A DNA stretch of 64,000 bases from a bacterium (GTDB lineage: Bacteria > CG03): contig JBDRRS010000003.1 in the NCBI GenBank assembly GCA_043825615.1, positions 56,090 to 120,089 of the forward strand. The letters are read 5' to 3'. Of the stretch, positions 36,640 through 46,051 are shown in pieces. How positions within the stretch are numbered: the stretch's first letter is position 1; each line of letters opens with the position of its first letter. Under the pieces are notes generated by a model, which saw only the letters and a list, made by a program, of their open reading frames with translations, did not search any database and was not told the DNA's origin. The position numbers and the translations under genes are program-made.

Positions 36640-37137
36640 GTGCAAAAAAGGTCTTTTACAAATGAACGTATCAGGGCTGAAAAAGTTCAGCTTATCGACG
36701 AAACGGGGAAAAACATTGGTGTTATAGAAAAGTTTAAAGCCATTAATATGGCGACTGTGAAGGGTCTTGACCTCGTTCAGGTCTCGGACAGGGATGTGCC
36801 CGTATGCAGAATCATGGATTATTCCAAATACCGCTACATGCAGGCCAAAAAAAACAAGGGAACCAAACATGTTTCTACGCTGAAGGAGATACGTTTCAGA
36901 CCGCACACCGACGACCACGACATCGAAGTAAAGGTAGGCAAAGCAAAAAAATTTCTCGCGGTGGGGGACAAGGTAAAAATGACGATTTTTTTCAGGGGCA
37001 GGGAGAATATTTTCAAAAAAGAGGGCTACAAACAGATGGAAAGGATACAGAATATTCTTTCGGATGTTGCAAGGATGGAAAGCTCGCCGCAGCTATTCGG
37101 CAAAAGATTGATTGCCTTATTCGTAAAAAACAGATAA
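36640..37137 (+). CDS. infC: Translation initiation factor IF-3
   Basis: NERIRAEKVQLIDETGKNIGV...KEIRFRPHTDDHDIEVK. GTG start 9 nt after aaaggagg. Confidence 0.9.
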   Translation: MQKRSFTNERIRAEKVQLIDETGKNIGVIEKFKAINMATVKGLDLVQVSDRDVPVCRIMDYSKYRYMQAKKNKGTKHVSTLKEIRFRPHTDDHDIEVKVGKAKKFLAVGDKVKMTIFFRGRENIFKKEGYKQMERIQNILSDVARMESSPQLFGKRLIALFVKNR

Positions 37138-37213
37138 GGGTTTCTTAAATTCAGTAACCCGCATTCTGCGGTTATTAACGTCAAACAAAATATTTTGTAT
37201 CATTGGCACGGTT

Positions 37214-37287
37214 GCGCCCGTAGCTCAGCAGGATAGAGCATCTGCCTTCTAAGCAGAGGGCCGCATGTTCGAGTCATGCCGGGCGCG
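37214..37287 (+). tRNA. tRNA-Arg (anticodon TCT)
   Basis: Hand-folded cloverleaf: acceptor gcgcccg/cgggcgc, D stem gctc/gagc, anticodon stem tctgc/gcaga with loop cTTCTAa, T stem gcatg/catgc with loop ttcgagt. Total 74 nt, no encoded CCA. Confidence 0.9.
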
Positions 37288-37309
37288 AAAACATTTGGTA
37301 TTTTTTTAT

Positions 37310-37386
37310 GGTGAGTGTAGCTCAGTTGGTAGAGCTCCGGATTGTGGTTCCGGCGGCCGCGGGTTCAAGTCCCGTCACTCACCCCA
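37310..37386 (+). tRNA. tRNA-His (anticodon GTG) with encoded G-1 and CCA
   Basis: Extra 5' G opposite C73. Acceptor gtgagtg/cactcac. Anticodon stem ccgga/tccgg with loop ttGTGgt. T loop ttcaagt. 3' CCA at 37384-37386. Confidence 0.9.
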
Positions 37387-37420
37387 CATATAACAAGCGG
37401 CGGATTTCCCAAAATTTTTC

Positions 37421-37437
37421 GGTGAGCTCCGCTCACC
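37421..37437 (+). terminator. Hairpin GGTGAGC-tcc-GCTCACC downstream of the tRNA pair
   Basis: A perfect 7-bp stem followed by atttctc. The U-tract is weak. Confidence 0.3.
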
Positions 37438-37822
37438 ATTTCTCAAGGGCATTTCAAATTTTTCGTCGGGGAAAGACAAAAAAGACCACGGCTTTTTCCA
37501 ATCAAAGAGAACAGTTTTGTCCAGAAGGCGGCGGTTCGTTTTTGAAAAAATCCCGGATAATACTAAATACCAGATTATTCAATTTGTCAACGAATTGAAT
37601 GAATAGAAAAAGAGGGAGACGAACATGTAGGGGAAATTGGGCGGAATTGAGGACCGTTCCCAATGGGAGTTCTCTTAAACAACAGCGTATTTACAATATG
37701 GGAGCGTGTTTGTAAAATGATGTTAGATATTGGAAAGTGTCTCTTATTTTTAGGCGCAAAGTGTCCGATTGTTTTTGAAGGCGTACAATCAGGTGATAAT
37801 TTTTAAAAAGGAGTGTTACATT

Positions 37823-38314
37823 ATGGTTAAGCTATTTTTGTTTGTAGGTTTAGGCGCCGCGCTGTTTTGCGGTAATATAGCAGCGCAGGATGGAGAATTA
37901 GGGTTGGGGATTATTTTAGGTGAGCCGACAGGATTAAGCGCAAAACTGTGGAAGACGGATACCACGGCAATTGACGGGGCAGTCGCTTGGTCATTAAGCG
38001 GCAGGGATGCCTTACTTTTGCATGTGGATTATCTTTTTCATAATTTCAACCTTTTCAATGTGGAAAAAGGGAAACTGCCGTTTTATTATGGCTTTGGCGG
38101 GAGAATTAAAGTTGAAGAGGACACCACAAACAAGAATGGTGTCACGAATAATGGAGATACACGTGTTGGTATCCGTGTGCCTGTTGGAATCAGCTATATC
38201 TTTGCGGATGCCCCTGTGGATATTTTTCTTGAAATTGTTCCTGTCCTTGATTTAGCGCCTGATACAGATTTTGACCTGGACGTCGGAATCGGCGTCCGGT
38301 ATTTTTTAAAATAG
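37823..38314 (+). CDS. Small secreted beta-strand-rich protein, OM beta-barrel-like
   Basis: Signal peptide MVKLFLFVGLGAALFCGNIAAQ. Alternating-hydrophobic strands (VGIRVPVGISYIF, DVGIGVRYFLK) and a terminal aromatic residue near the C-terminus. The RBS aaggag precedes the ATG at 37823. Confidence 0.5.
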   Translation: MVKLFLFVGLGAALFCGNIAAQDGELGLGIILGEPTGLSAKLWKTDTTAIDGAVAWSLSGRDALLLHVDYLFHNFNLFNVEKGKLPFYYGFGGRIKVEEDTTNKNGVTNNGDTRVGIRVPVGISYIFADAPVDIFLEIVPVLDLAPDTDFDLDVGIGVRYFLK

Positions 38315-38382
38315 ACGGGCAATGGGGTCAGTTTAGAGTGGGGTCAAGGCCTGATACCTAATATTTATTGGAGGAGTAAAAA

Positions 38383-39021
38383 ATGAGTAAAAGTTTTGGA
38401 TTGAAAATTGTGGGTGTTTTTGCTTTTGTTTTGATGGTTTCCGGTTGTACTAAAATTCCTACGGGGGCTGTAAAGAACAACAAAGTTACCGTAGTCAAGT
38501 TAGCGATAGCAATGGGAGCTGATGTTAATGTGAAGAGCAAGGGTGGCCGGACAGCATTGATGAGTGCGGCATTGAATAATTCCCTGGGAGTAGCAAAACT
38601 CTTGATAAAAAAAGGAGCAGATATCAATGCGAAAACTGAAGATGGTATAACAGTATTGATGACGGCAGCCGACTGGAATTCCATGGACGTGGCGAAGCTG
38701 CTGATAGAAAAAGGAGCTGATGTTAATGCAAAAACGGATAATGGCGAGACAGCATTGATGAAAGCAGTCCAGAGAAATTCCCTGGAAACAGCGAAGCTGC
38801 TGATAGGGAAAGGAGTGGATGTTAATGCAAAAGATAAATATGGTATGACAGCATTGATGAGTGTAGCTTTCTTTAATTCTCAGGAAGTAGCAAAGCTGCT
38901 GATAGCGGAGGGAGCGGATGTTAATGCAAAAACTAAAGGTGGCGGAACAGCATTGCAGTGGGCAAAAAATAAAGGTCATCAGCAAATGGTGGATTTGCTT
39001 AAAAAGCACGGGGCAAAATGA
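38383..39021 (+). CDS. Ankyrin-repeat lipoprotein (5 repeats)
   Basis: Lipobox LMVSGC. Five 33-aa units of the form GADVNAKT..G.TALM.A...NS..VAKLLI.K. Confidence 0.85.
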   Translation: MSKSFGLKIVGVFAFVLMVSGCTKIPTGAVKNNKVTVVKLAIAMGADVNVKSKGGRTALMSAALNNSLGVAKLLIKKGADINAKTEDGITVLMTAADWNSMDVAKLLIEKGADVNAKTDNGETALMKAVQRNSLETAKLLIGKGVDVNAKDKYGMTALMSVAFFNSQEVAKLLIAEGADVNAKTKGGGTALQWAKNKGHQQMVDLLKKHGAK

Positions 39022-39547
39022 ACCTGTACTATCCCATCAAAGTCTCTTTTTTCACTGAAACTTATAAAAAGAATTTCCAATTGTAAAAGCTATCTACTTG
39101 GAGTTAAGCGTAACACTTCGGGAAATTTGTTTTTCCGGAGTTTAATCAATATATGGGTAAGATGTCTCCCCAAATACCTAATTCTTCTTACAGGTAACCT
39201 GTGGCAAAAAAGTGGAAAATGCACGAAATAGAGCTAAACAAGGCGTTGAGCAGGGGTTTACGGGTAATTGAAATTGGCGAATTCCTCCGGACAGGTTTGC
39301 AAACACGTTCTAACGTCGTGTAGTGAGGGCTCCCTAACGGCATACTACCTTGAACCCTTCGACTTCGCTCAGGGCATGCTTTTTGGATATAAGATGACAG
39401 AGGAGCCAATGGAAGGCTCAACTGTATCTGGATATTATCTTTTGAATCAACATTTACTTTTTTTATAAAAGACCTGAACTCCCGGCCGGCGCAGAGCCCG
39501 CATTTGCGTTCTTGAGGGAATTGCGGTTAAATGATAAACTAAAACAT

Positions 39548-41794
39548 ATGAACTCGGTCGGAAAATCGGAAATCAGAAAAGACGCTGCGCCGAAAGTAAC
39601 GGGGGCAGCCCTCTTCACGGACGACAGAAAATTTCCCGGGATGCTTTACGGAGCGACAATCCGCTCCCCGAAACCGCGCATAAGGATTCTCGGGATCGAC
39701 GATAAGGAAGCGCGAAAACTGAAGGGCGTCGCCGGGATTTACTACGCGAAAGATATTCCGGGCTGCAACATCGTTCCTCTGGTTTTTATGGATTATCCTT
39801 TTCTTGCGGATAAGGAAGCGGAATTTCAGGGTCAGGCAATCGGTCTTGTCGCCGCGGGAGACATATTGACTGCCCGGAAAGCCGTCCGGCTGGTAAAAGT
39901 AAAATACAGAGAACTTCCGGCGGTCTTTGACCCGCTCGAGTCATTGAAGAAGAAAATGCCCAAAATCTACGGGAAAGACAACGTTTTCAAAAAATTCGTC
40001 ATAAAAAAAGGGAACTTAAAAAAAGCGGCTCCCGATGTGGAAATAGAGGACACTTTCACGACGAACTATCAGGTTCACGCTTATCTGGAAACGCAGGCGG
40101 CCGTCGCGGTTCCGCAGGACGACGGCGGAATGAACGTTTACGGGTCAATGCAGTGCCCGTTCTATGTTCAGGACGCCGTGAAAAAAGTTCTGGGGATACC
40201 TTACAATAAAGTCAGGATTATCCAGCAGACGACGGGCGGCGCTTTCGGCGGGAAGGAGGACGTCCCTTCAATCGTCTGCGGTCATGCGGCGCTCCTCGCG
40301 CATCTTACGGAAAAACCCGTCAAAATTATTTACACCAGGGAAGAGGACTTTCAGTCAATGTCCAAAAGGCATCCCGGATGGGCGAAGATAAAGTACGGTG
40401 CGAAGAAAAACGGGAAAATCGTTTCCTGTAAAGTAAAATACGTTCTCGACGGGGGCGCTTTTGCGACGCTCAGCCCCATTGTTCTGTGGCGTGGAACCGT
40501 CCACGCGGCGGGGCCTTACGATATTCCGAACGTTTTAGTTGAAACGTATGCGGTTGCGACGAACAAAGTCCCGTGCGGGGCTTACAGGGGTTTCGGCCAG
40601 CCGCAGATTGCTTTTGCGAACGAATCGCTGATTGACATGCTCGCCGAGAAACTGAAACTCAATCCGTACAAAATCAGGGAGCTCAACGCGGTAAAAAAGG
40701 GCTCATCCACCATAACGGGACAAAAAATAAAAGAGAGCATCGGTCTCGCAAAAACAATGGAGCGGGCGAAGAAACTGAGCGGCTGGGAGAGAAAATGGGA
40801 GGAGCCGTCGTTAAAGAAAGGCGTTAAAAGGCGCGGGATAGGAATGGCGTCGTCCATTTACGGCGTGGGCCTCGGCGCTGGCGGTCAGCATCTGGCAAAA
40901 AGCGGTTCATTCGTCCAGGTCGAGCCCGACGGCAGCGTTCTAATCGCTGTCGGGAACACGGAAATGGGGCAGGGCGCCAAAACGGTTCTGCCGCAGATTG
41001 CAAGCGAGGCGCTCGGCGCGCCGTATGAAATGGTAGAACTTATGGCAACCGATACCTCGCGCGTCCCCGATTCGGGGCCCACCGTCGCCTCGCGCACGAC
41101 CGTGATGAGCGGAACTTCCATTCTGAACGCCTGTTCTGAAATCAGAAAGGGGATTGACGAAACGGTACGCAGAATGCTCAAAGCAAAAGGAAAAGTTATA
41201 TCCAGGGACGGTTTTTACCATCTCGGCGGAAAAAAGGTTTTATATAAAGACGCAATTGCGCGTGCGTGGGCGGACAGGGTTCATCTCACCGCGCAGGGCT
41301 GGTTCAGGGTAGAAGGTACGACTTTTAGAGATAAGGACGGCCAGGGCGACCCTTATTTCGTTTATACTTATTCGACGATGATTGCGGAGGTGGAAGTGGA
41401 TACTGAGACGGGGCAGGTGGACGTTTTGAATTTTGTGAGCGCTCACGACATAGGAAAAGCGATAAACCCCCAGCAGTCGGAAGGGCAGATTCAGGGCGGC
41501 GGCCTTCAGGGAATCGGCTATGCCCTGTCCGAAAATCTTGTGCTGAAAGAAGGCGCGATGCTGAACCCCAGTTTTACGGGTTATATTATTCCGACGGCGA
41601 TGGATGCGCCCGATATAAAGCCAATAATTGTTGAGGAAAAATATCCGAAGGGCCCTTACGGCGCGAAGGGGCTCGGCGAGCCCCCTCTTATAGCGGTGGC
41701 TCCCGCTGTGATTAACGCCGTTTATAACGCGACGGGGATAAGAATTAAAAATCTTCCGGCAGTGCCCGAAAGAATTGCGGGGCTGGTAAAATAA
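39548..41794 (+). CDS. Xanthine dehydrogenase/aldehyde oxidase family molybdopterin-binding large subunit
   Basis: MNSVGKSEIRKDAAPKVTG start. Motifs TTGGAFGGKE, GAYRGFG, GQGAKT and GLGEPP. The ORF opens at TTG 39512. Confidence 0.9.
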   Translation: MNSVGKSEIRKDAAPKVTGAALFTDDRKFPGMLYGATIRSPKPRIRILGIDDKEARKLKGVAGIYYAKDIPGCNIVPLVFMDYPFLADKEAEFQGQAIGLVAAGDILTARKAVRLVKVKYRELPAVFDPLESLKKKMPKIYGKDNVFKKFVIKKGNLKKAAPDVEIEDTFTTNYQVHAYLETQAAVAVPQDDGGMNVYGSMQCPFYVQDAVKKVLGIPYNKVRIIQQTTGGAFGGKEDVPSIVCGHAALLAHLTEKPVKIIYTREEDFQSMSKRHPGWAKIKYGAKKNGKIVSCKVKYVLDGGAFATLSPIVLWRGTVHAAGPYDIPNVLVETYAVATNKVPCGAYRGFGQPQIAFANESLIDMLAEKLKLNPYKIRELNAVKKGSSTITGQKIKESIGLAKTMERAKKLSGWERKWEEPSLKKGVKRRGIGMASSIYGVGLGAGGQHLAKSGSFVQVEPDGSVLIAVGNTEMGQGAKTVLPQIASEALGAPYEMVELMATDTSRVPDSGPTVASRTTVMSGTSILNACSEIRKGIDETVRRMLKAKGKVISRDGFYHLGGKKVLYKDAIARAWADRVHLTAQGWFRVEGTTFRDKDGQGDPYFVYTYSTMIAEVEVDTETGQVDVLNFVSAHDIGKAINPQQSEGQIQGGGLQGIGYALSENLVLKEGAMLNPSFTGYIIPTAMDAPDIKPIIVEEKYPKGPYGAKGLGEPPLIAVAPAVINAVYNATGIRIKNLPAVPERIAGLVK

Positions 41795-41804
41795 AGGATA
41801 AAAA

Positions 41805-42278
41805 ATGGAGATAAAATTTGAGGTAAACGGTAAAAAGGTCCGTCTTGACGTTTCGCCGATGAAGCGTCTTCTCGACGTTTTAAGAGAAGACCTCGGCTTG
41901 ACGGGAACGAAGGAGGGCTGCGGGAAGGGGGAATGCGGGACCTGTTCCGTTATTGTTGACGGAAAACTCGTCGCTTCCTGCCTTTATCCCGCCGGTCATC
42001 TCGACGGGAAAAAAGTCATCACGATAGAGGGGCTGATCCGCGGTTCGAAACTTCACCCGATTCAGAAAGCGTTTGTGGAAGAAGGAGCGGTCCAGTGCGG
42101 TTTCTGCACGCCGGGGATGGTTCTCGCAACAAAAGCCCTTCTTGATAAAAAAGCATCCCCGTCGGCTTCGGAAATTAAAGAAGGTCTTTCGGGAAACCTC
42201 TGCAGGTGCACGGGTTATGTGAAGATATTCAATGCCGTGAAGAAAGCGGTGCGGTTATTGAAACAGAGAGTCCGGTGA
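41805..42278 (+). CDS. (2Fe-2S)-binding small subunit of the XDH-family enzyme
   Basis: Motifs CGKGECGTCSV, QCGFCTPGM and CRCTGY. Confidence 0.9.
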   Translation: MEIKFEVNGKKVRLDVSPMKRLLDVLREDLGLTGTKEGCGKGECGTCSVIVDGKLVASCLYPAGHLDGKKVITIEGLIRGSKLHPIQKAFVEEGAVQCGFCTPGMVLATKALLDKKASPSASEIKEGLSGNLCRCTGYVKIFNAVKKAVRLLKQRVR

Positions 42279-43081
42279 ATTTTATAAAAATCGCAAAGTT
42301 GAAGAATGTCCGTCGGAAAGTAAGGTTCCTTGCGGGCGGTACGGATATTTTTCCTCTCCTGTCTGACGGGCTGCTTGACGGGGAGGTCTTCTGCGACATT
42401 TCACCGCTCGGCGGACTCAAAAAAATTGAAATCCGGAAGAACACAATCGCTATCGGGGCTCTTGTGACGTTTTCGCAGATAAAGGAAAGCAAAGTTCTGG
42501 CGGAATACGCGCCCTGTCTTGTTCAGGCCGCCTGCGAGATGGGTTCTCCCCAGATAAGAAACAGGGCGACAATAGGGGGCAACATCGCGAACGGTTCTCC
42601 GTCGGGAGATGCTATTCCTCCGCTTTTTGTTCTAAGCGCGGAGATAAAAACAGACAGGAGAAAGATTTCCGTGGAAAAGTTTTTTACAGGGCCGAAAAAG
42701 ACGGTTCTTAAAAACAACGAACTGATAACGGAAATTGTCATTGCGAAAGAGAAAAGGTTTTCCGCATTCCTGAAGATGGGTCCGAGAAAGGCCCTCGCCA
42801 TTTCAAAGGTTTCCGCGGCCGTGAGTTTAAAAATGCAAAAGGGCGCGGTTAATGAGATATTGATTGCTCTCGGCGCCGTCGCCCCGACGGTCGTGAGAGC
42901 GTATAAAACGGAGAGATTTTTGTCGGGGAAAAAAATAACCGGAAAAACAATAAAAGAAGCCGCGGAAATAGCGCGCGGCGAAATTTCACCGATTGACGAC
43001 TTCCGCTCTACCGGCGATTACAGAAGAATGGTCGCCGGCGTCCTCGTTTCAAGAATCCTTGAATCTCGGGCAACATTCTGA
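42275..43081 (+). CDS. FAD-binding (CO dehydrogenase flavoprotein-like) medium subunit
   Basis: Motifs LAGGTDIFP, RNRATIGGNIANGSPSGD and DFRSTGDYRR. The likely GTG start overlaps the small-subunit stop. The ORF opens at 42206. Confidence 0.85.
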   Translation: MNFIKIAKLKNVRRKVRFLAGGTDIFPLLSDGLLDGEVFCDISPLGGLKKIEIRKNTIAIGALVTFSQIKESKVLAEYAPCLVQAACEMGSPQIRNRATIGGNIANGSPSGDAIPPLFVLSAEIKTDRRKISVEKFFTGPKKTVLKNNELITEIVIAKEKRFSAFLKMGPRKALAISKVSAAVSLKMQKGAVNEILIALGAVAPTVVRAYKTERFLSGKKITGKTIKEAAEIARGEISPIDDFRSTGDYRRMVAGVLVSRILESRATF

Positions 43082-43157
43082 CTTTGAATTTGGTTACTCA
43101 CTGGTAATTTACAGGGTAATTTGCTAACATTCTGGTAAATATGAACTGGAGGAAAAA

Positions 43158-43427
43158 ATGGCATTGAAGAAAGTTAAGAAAACGGAGATTATAAAACGTT
43201 TTAAGAAGGGCGAGAAGGACACCGGCTCGGCGGAGGTTCAGATTGCGATTTTTACCGCGAGAATCAATGAAATAACCGAGCATCTCAAGGTAAATAAAAA
43301 GGACAAGCATTCACGGTTCGGGCTTATAAAACTTGTTTCAAAAAGGAAGAAACTCCTTACATATCTAAAGAGAGTAAACCCGCCTTCGTTTGGCAAAATC
43401 GCGCAGGACCTGGATATAAGAGTATAA
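43158..43427 (+). CDS. rpsO: 30S ribosomal protein S15
   Basis: [50 protein letters not shown]. Confidence 0.95.
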   Translation: MALKKVKKTEIIKRFKKGEKDTGSAEVQIAIFTARINEITEHLKVNKKDKHSRFGLIKLVSKRKKLLTYLKRVNPPSFGKIAQDLDIRV

Positions 43428-43493
43428 GAAAAATCAAAAATCAAAAATCAAAATGCTTAATCGAAATGACAAAATTCAAGGAGTATAGAAAAA

Positions 43494-45608
43494 ATGTTTA
43501 AGGTAAAAACGGAAATTGCGGGAAGAACTTTGACGATTGAAACGGGGGAATATGCGAGGCAGGCAAACGGCTCCTGTGTTGTGCAGTACGGAGAAACCGT
43601 CGTCCTGTGCGCCGTTACGATGGGCGATGCGAAAGAAACGGATTTTATGCCGCTTACGGTCGATTACAGGGAGATGACCTACGCCGCGGGGAAAATTCCC
43701 GGCGGTTTTTTCAAGAGGGAAGGCCGCCCGCGAGAATCGGAAATCCTGTCCGCCCGTATCGTTGACAGGTCCATCAGGCCTCTTTTCCCGAAGGACTTCG
43801 TTCAGGAGGTGCTTGTTTCGCTTATTGTGCTTTCGTCGGACCAGGAAAATAAAGCGGATGTGCTTTCGCTGATAGGCGCATCCACGGCGCTGCTCCTGTC
43901 GGATATACCTTTTGAGACCGCCATCGCCTGCTGCAGAATCGGTGTTCTCGACGGGAAATTCATCGTAAACCCGACGATTACCGAAATTGAGGAGTGTTCG
44001 CTGGACGTTGTTATCGCGGGGACAGAGACCGGCATAACGATGCTTGAGGGCTGCGGCGCCGAAGTTGACGAGGATGTATTTCTGAAAGCGGTTGAAATGG
44101 GAAAGGAAATAGTGGACGGCATCATTCCGATTTGCAAACAACTGAAATCGGATGCCGGCAGGGAGAAAGTGCAGGGCGTCAGAGTGAGCAAGGTTCCCGA
44201 TAATTTCAGGGAAAGAGTCAGCAGAGAAATAAAACCCATGCTCACGGATGCGTTCAAAGAGAAAAGCCACGCGAAAAGGGTGGAACTTCTGTCAAAAATA
44301 AAAGAGTCATCCACGGAAAAACTTGAGGTTTCCGAAGATGAGCAGCTGCACTTCAAAATGGTTTTTGACGATTGCATAAAAGAGATTTTTGTTTCAAAAA
44401 TCAGAACCGACAGGGTCCGGCTCGACGGACGGGCTTTTGATGAAGTCCGCCCGATTTCCTGCAAGGTTTCGGTCCTTCCGCGCACGCACGGTTCGGGCGT
44501 TTTCACGAGAGGCGAAACGCAGGCGCTTGCCACCACGACGCTCGGGAGCGTTTCGGACAAGCAGATTATGGATGAACTTGAAAGGGATTACAAGAAGAGG
44601 TTTATGCTGCATTATAATTTCCCGCATTTCGCCACCGGCGAGACGGGTTTTCCCCGCGGCCCCGGCCGCAGGGAAATAGGCCACGGACATTTAGCCGAGC
44701 AGGCGCTTGCGGCGCTTATTCCGACAGAGGAAAATTTTCCGTACACAATCAGGATTGTTTCCGACATCCTTGAATCGAACGGGTCTTCCTCTATGGCGAG
44801 CGTTAGCGGCGGCTGTCTTTCTCTCATGGACGCCGGCGTGCCGCTGAAGGGAATTGCCGCCGGCATTGCGATGGGTATTGCGAATCTCGAGCAGGAGAAA
44901 GTCCTGCTTGTGGACATTGCCGGCGAGGAGGACCATCTCGGAAATATGGACCTGAAAGTAGCCGGAACAAAAAAGGGCATTACGGCGGTTCAAATGGACC
45001 TGAAGATGGAATCGCTTGATGTTGATACGTTCAGGAAAGCGCTGGTGCTGGCCAAAAAAGCGAGGTTCGGTATTATTGACAAGATGGCGGAAGTCATACC
45101 CGAATCGCGCCTGAAGGTCTCGGAGTTTGCTCCGCAGATTGAAATAATAAAAATTGACCAGTCAAAGATAGGAGCGGTCATAGGGCCGGGCGGGAAAAAC
45201 ATCAAACGGATAACCGCCGACACGGAATGCGATGTCAACATCGACGACGACGGGACCGTCACGCTTTCCTCCCCGAAGCTGGAAAATATCAATGCCGCCA
45301 AACAGATGATTGAATGGCTTACCGGCGAGGTTAAGGTCGGAGCGATACACATGGGGAAGGTTGTGAAGACGGTAAATTTCGGCGCGTTCGTGGAAATTTT
45401 TCCCGGGATGGAAGGTCTTGTCCACATTTCGGAACTGGCGCCCAGCAGGATTAACATGGTAACGGATATCGTCCAGGAAGGGGAAAAAATTCTTGTAAAG
45501 GTGGTTGCCGTTGACGACAGAGGGAAAGTCCGGCTTTCAAGAAAGGAAGCTTTGAGAGAACTGAAAATAACCGATGAGAGCCAGTACAAAGCGGATGGCG
45601 CCGGGTAA
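43494..45608 (+). CDS. pnp: Polyribonucleotide nucleotidyltransferase (PNPase)
   Basis: Two RNase PH domains, a KH domain (IGAVIGPGGKNIKRI) and an S1 domain (GKVVKTVNFGAFVEI). Confidence 0.95.
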   Translation: MFKVKTEIAGRTLTIETGEYARQANGSCVVQYGETVVLCAVTMGDAKETDFMPLTVDYREMTYAAGKIPGGFFKREGRPRESEILSARIVDRSIRPLFPKDFVQEVLVSLIVLSSDQENKADVLSLIGASTALLLSDIPFETAIACCRIGVLDGKFIVNPTITEIEECSLDVVIAGTETGITMLEGCGAEVDEDVFLKAVEMGKEIVDGIIPICKQLKSDAGREKVQGVRVSKVPDNFRERVSREIKPMLTDAFKEKSHAKRVELLSKIKESSTEKLEVSEDEQLHFKMVFDDCIKEIFVSKIRTDRVRLDGRAFDEVRPISCKVSVLPRTHGSGVFTRGETQALATTTLGSVSDKQIMDELERDYKKRFMLHYNFPHFATGETGFPRGPGRREIGHGHLAEQALAALIPTEENFPYTIRIVSDILESNGSSSMASVSGGCLSLMDAGVPLKGIAAGIAMGIANLEQEKVLLVDIAGEEDHLGNMDLKVAGTKKGITAVQMDLKMESLDVDTFRKALVLAKKARFGIIDKMAEVIPESRLKVSEFAPQIEIIKIDQSKIGAVIGPGGKNIKRITADTECDVNIDDDGTVTLSSPKLENINAAKQMIEWLTGEVKVGAIHMGKVVKTVNFGAFVEIFPGMEGLVHISELAPSRINMVTDIVQEGEKILVKVVAVDDRGKVRLSRKEALRELKITDESQYKADGAG

Positions 45609-46029
45609 AGCCGGCCGTTCACGTTCGTCGGAGGGCAGGTTGGTTTCTCTTTTCAACCGCTATTATTCCCTGATGCTTGAAAAAAAAATTAACGAATTCC
45701 GTTTTCAGGAAGGTGATTTAAAAATTTATATCAGACGCGCGCAAGCGGGGGAAGAGAAACCCGCCGCGCCCGCCGCCGGTGAACAACCCCGGAATAAAAA
45801 ATTCATCCGTTCACCTTTGACCGGCATTTTTTACGCGAGTTCCAGCCCGAATACCTCCGCTTATGTGACGCCGCCCTGCGAGGTAAAGAAAGGGGATATT
45901 CTCTGCGTAATAGAAGCGATGAAAGTTATGAACGAAATAGAAAGCCCCGACGACGGCAGGGTTCTTGAGACAATTGCAAAGAACGCGGAACTCGTGACCA
46001 AAGGCGACCCTCTCTTTGAAATCGAATAG
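45574..46029 (+). CDS. accB: Biotin carboxyl carrier protein-like (biotinyl domain)
   Basis: C-terminal CVIEAMKVMNEIESP is the biotinyl-lysine motif EAMKxMN. An Ala/Pro linker is present. The start is uncertain (TTG 45640 or ATG 45673 are more likely than 45574, which overlaps pnp). Confidence 0.7.
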   Translation: MRASTKRMAPGKAGRSRSSEGRLVSLFNRYYSLMLEKKINEFRFQEGDLKIYIRRAQAGEEKPAAPAAGEQPRNKKFIRSPLTGIFYASSSPNTSAYVTPPCEVKKGDILCVIEAMKVMNEIESPDDGRVLETIAKNAELVTKGDPLFEIE

Positions 46030-46051
46030 TTGGAAAACGTAAGGAGGAGAA

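Noticed and set aside
37308-37598. A 96-aa plus-strand ORF.
   Set aside because: Its 5' end is the tRNA-His gene (37310-37386), and the remainder is spacer.
39188-39468. Two mutually overlapping ORFs (a 77-aa minus-strand ORF and a 66-aa plus-strand ORF).
   Set aside because: They translate a repeat-like sequence (FDFAQG / ERSRRV pseudo-peptides). They have no RBS and contradict each other.
43476-45622. Several long minus-strand ORFs (43476..44270, 43802..44560, 44612..44980, 44990..45622) across pnp.
   Set aside because: All are antisense or alternate-frame shadows of PNPase. They overlap each other and lack motifs.
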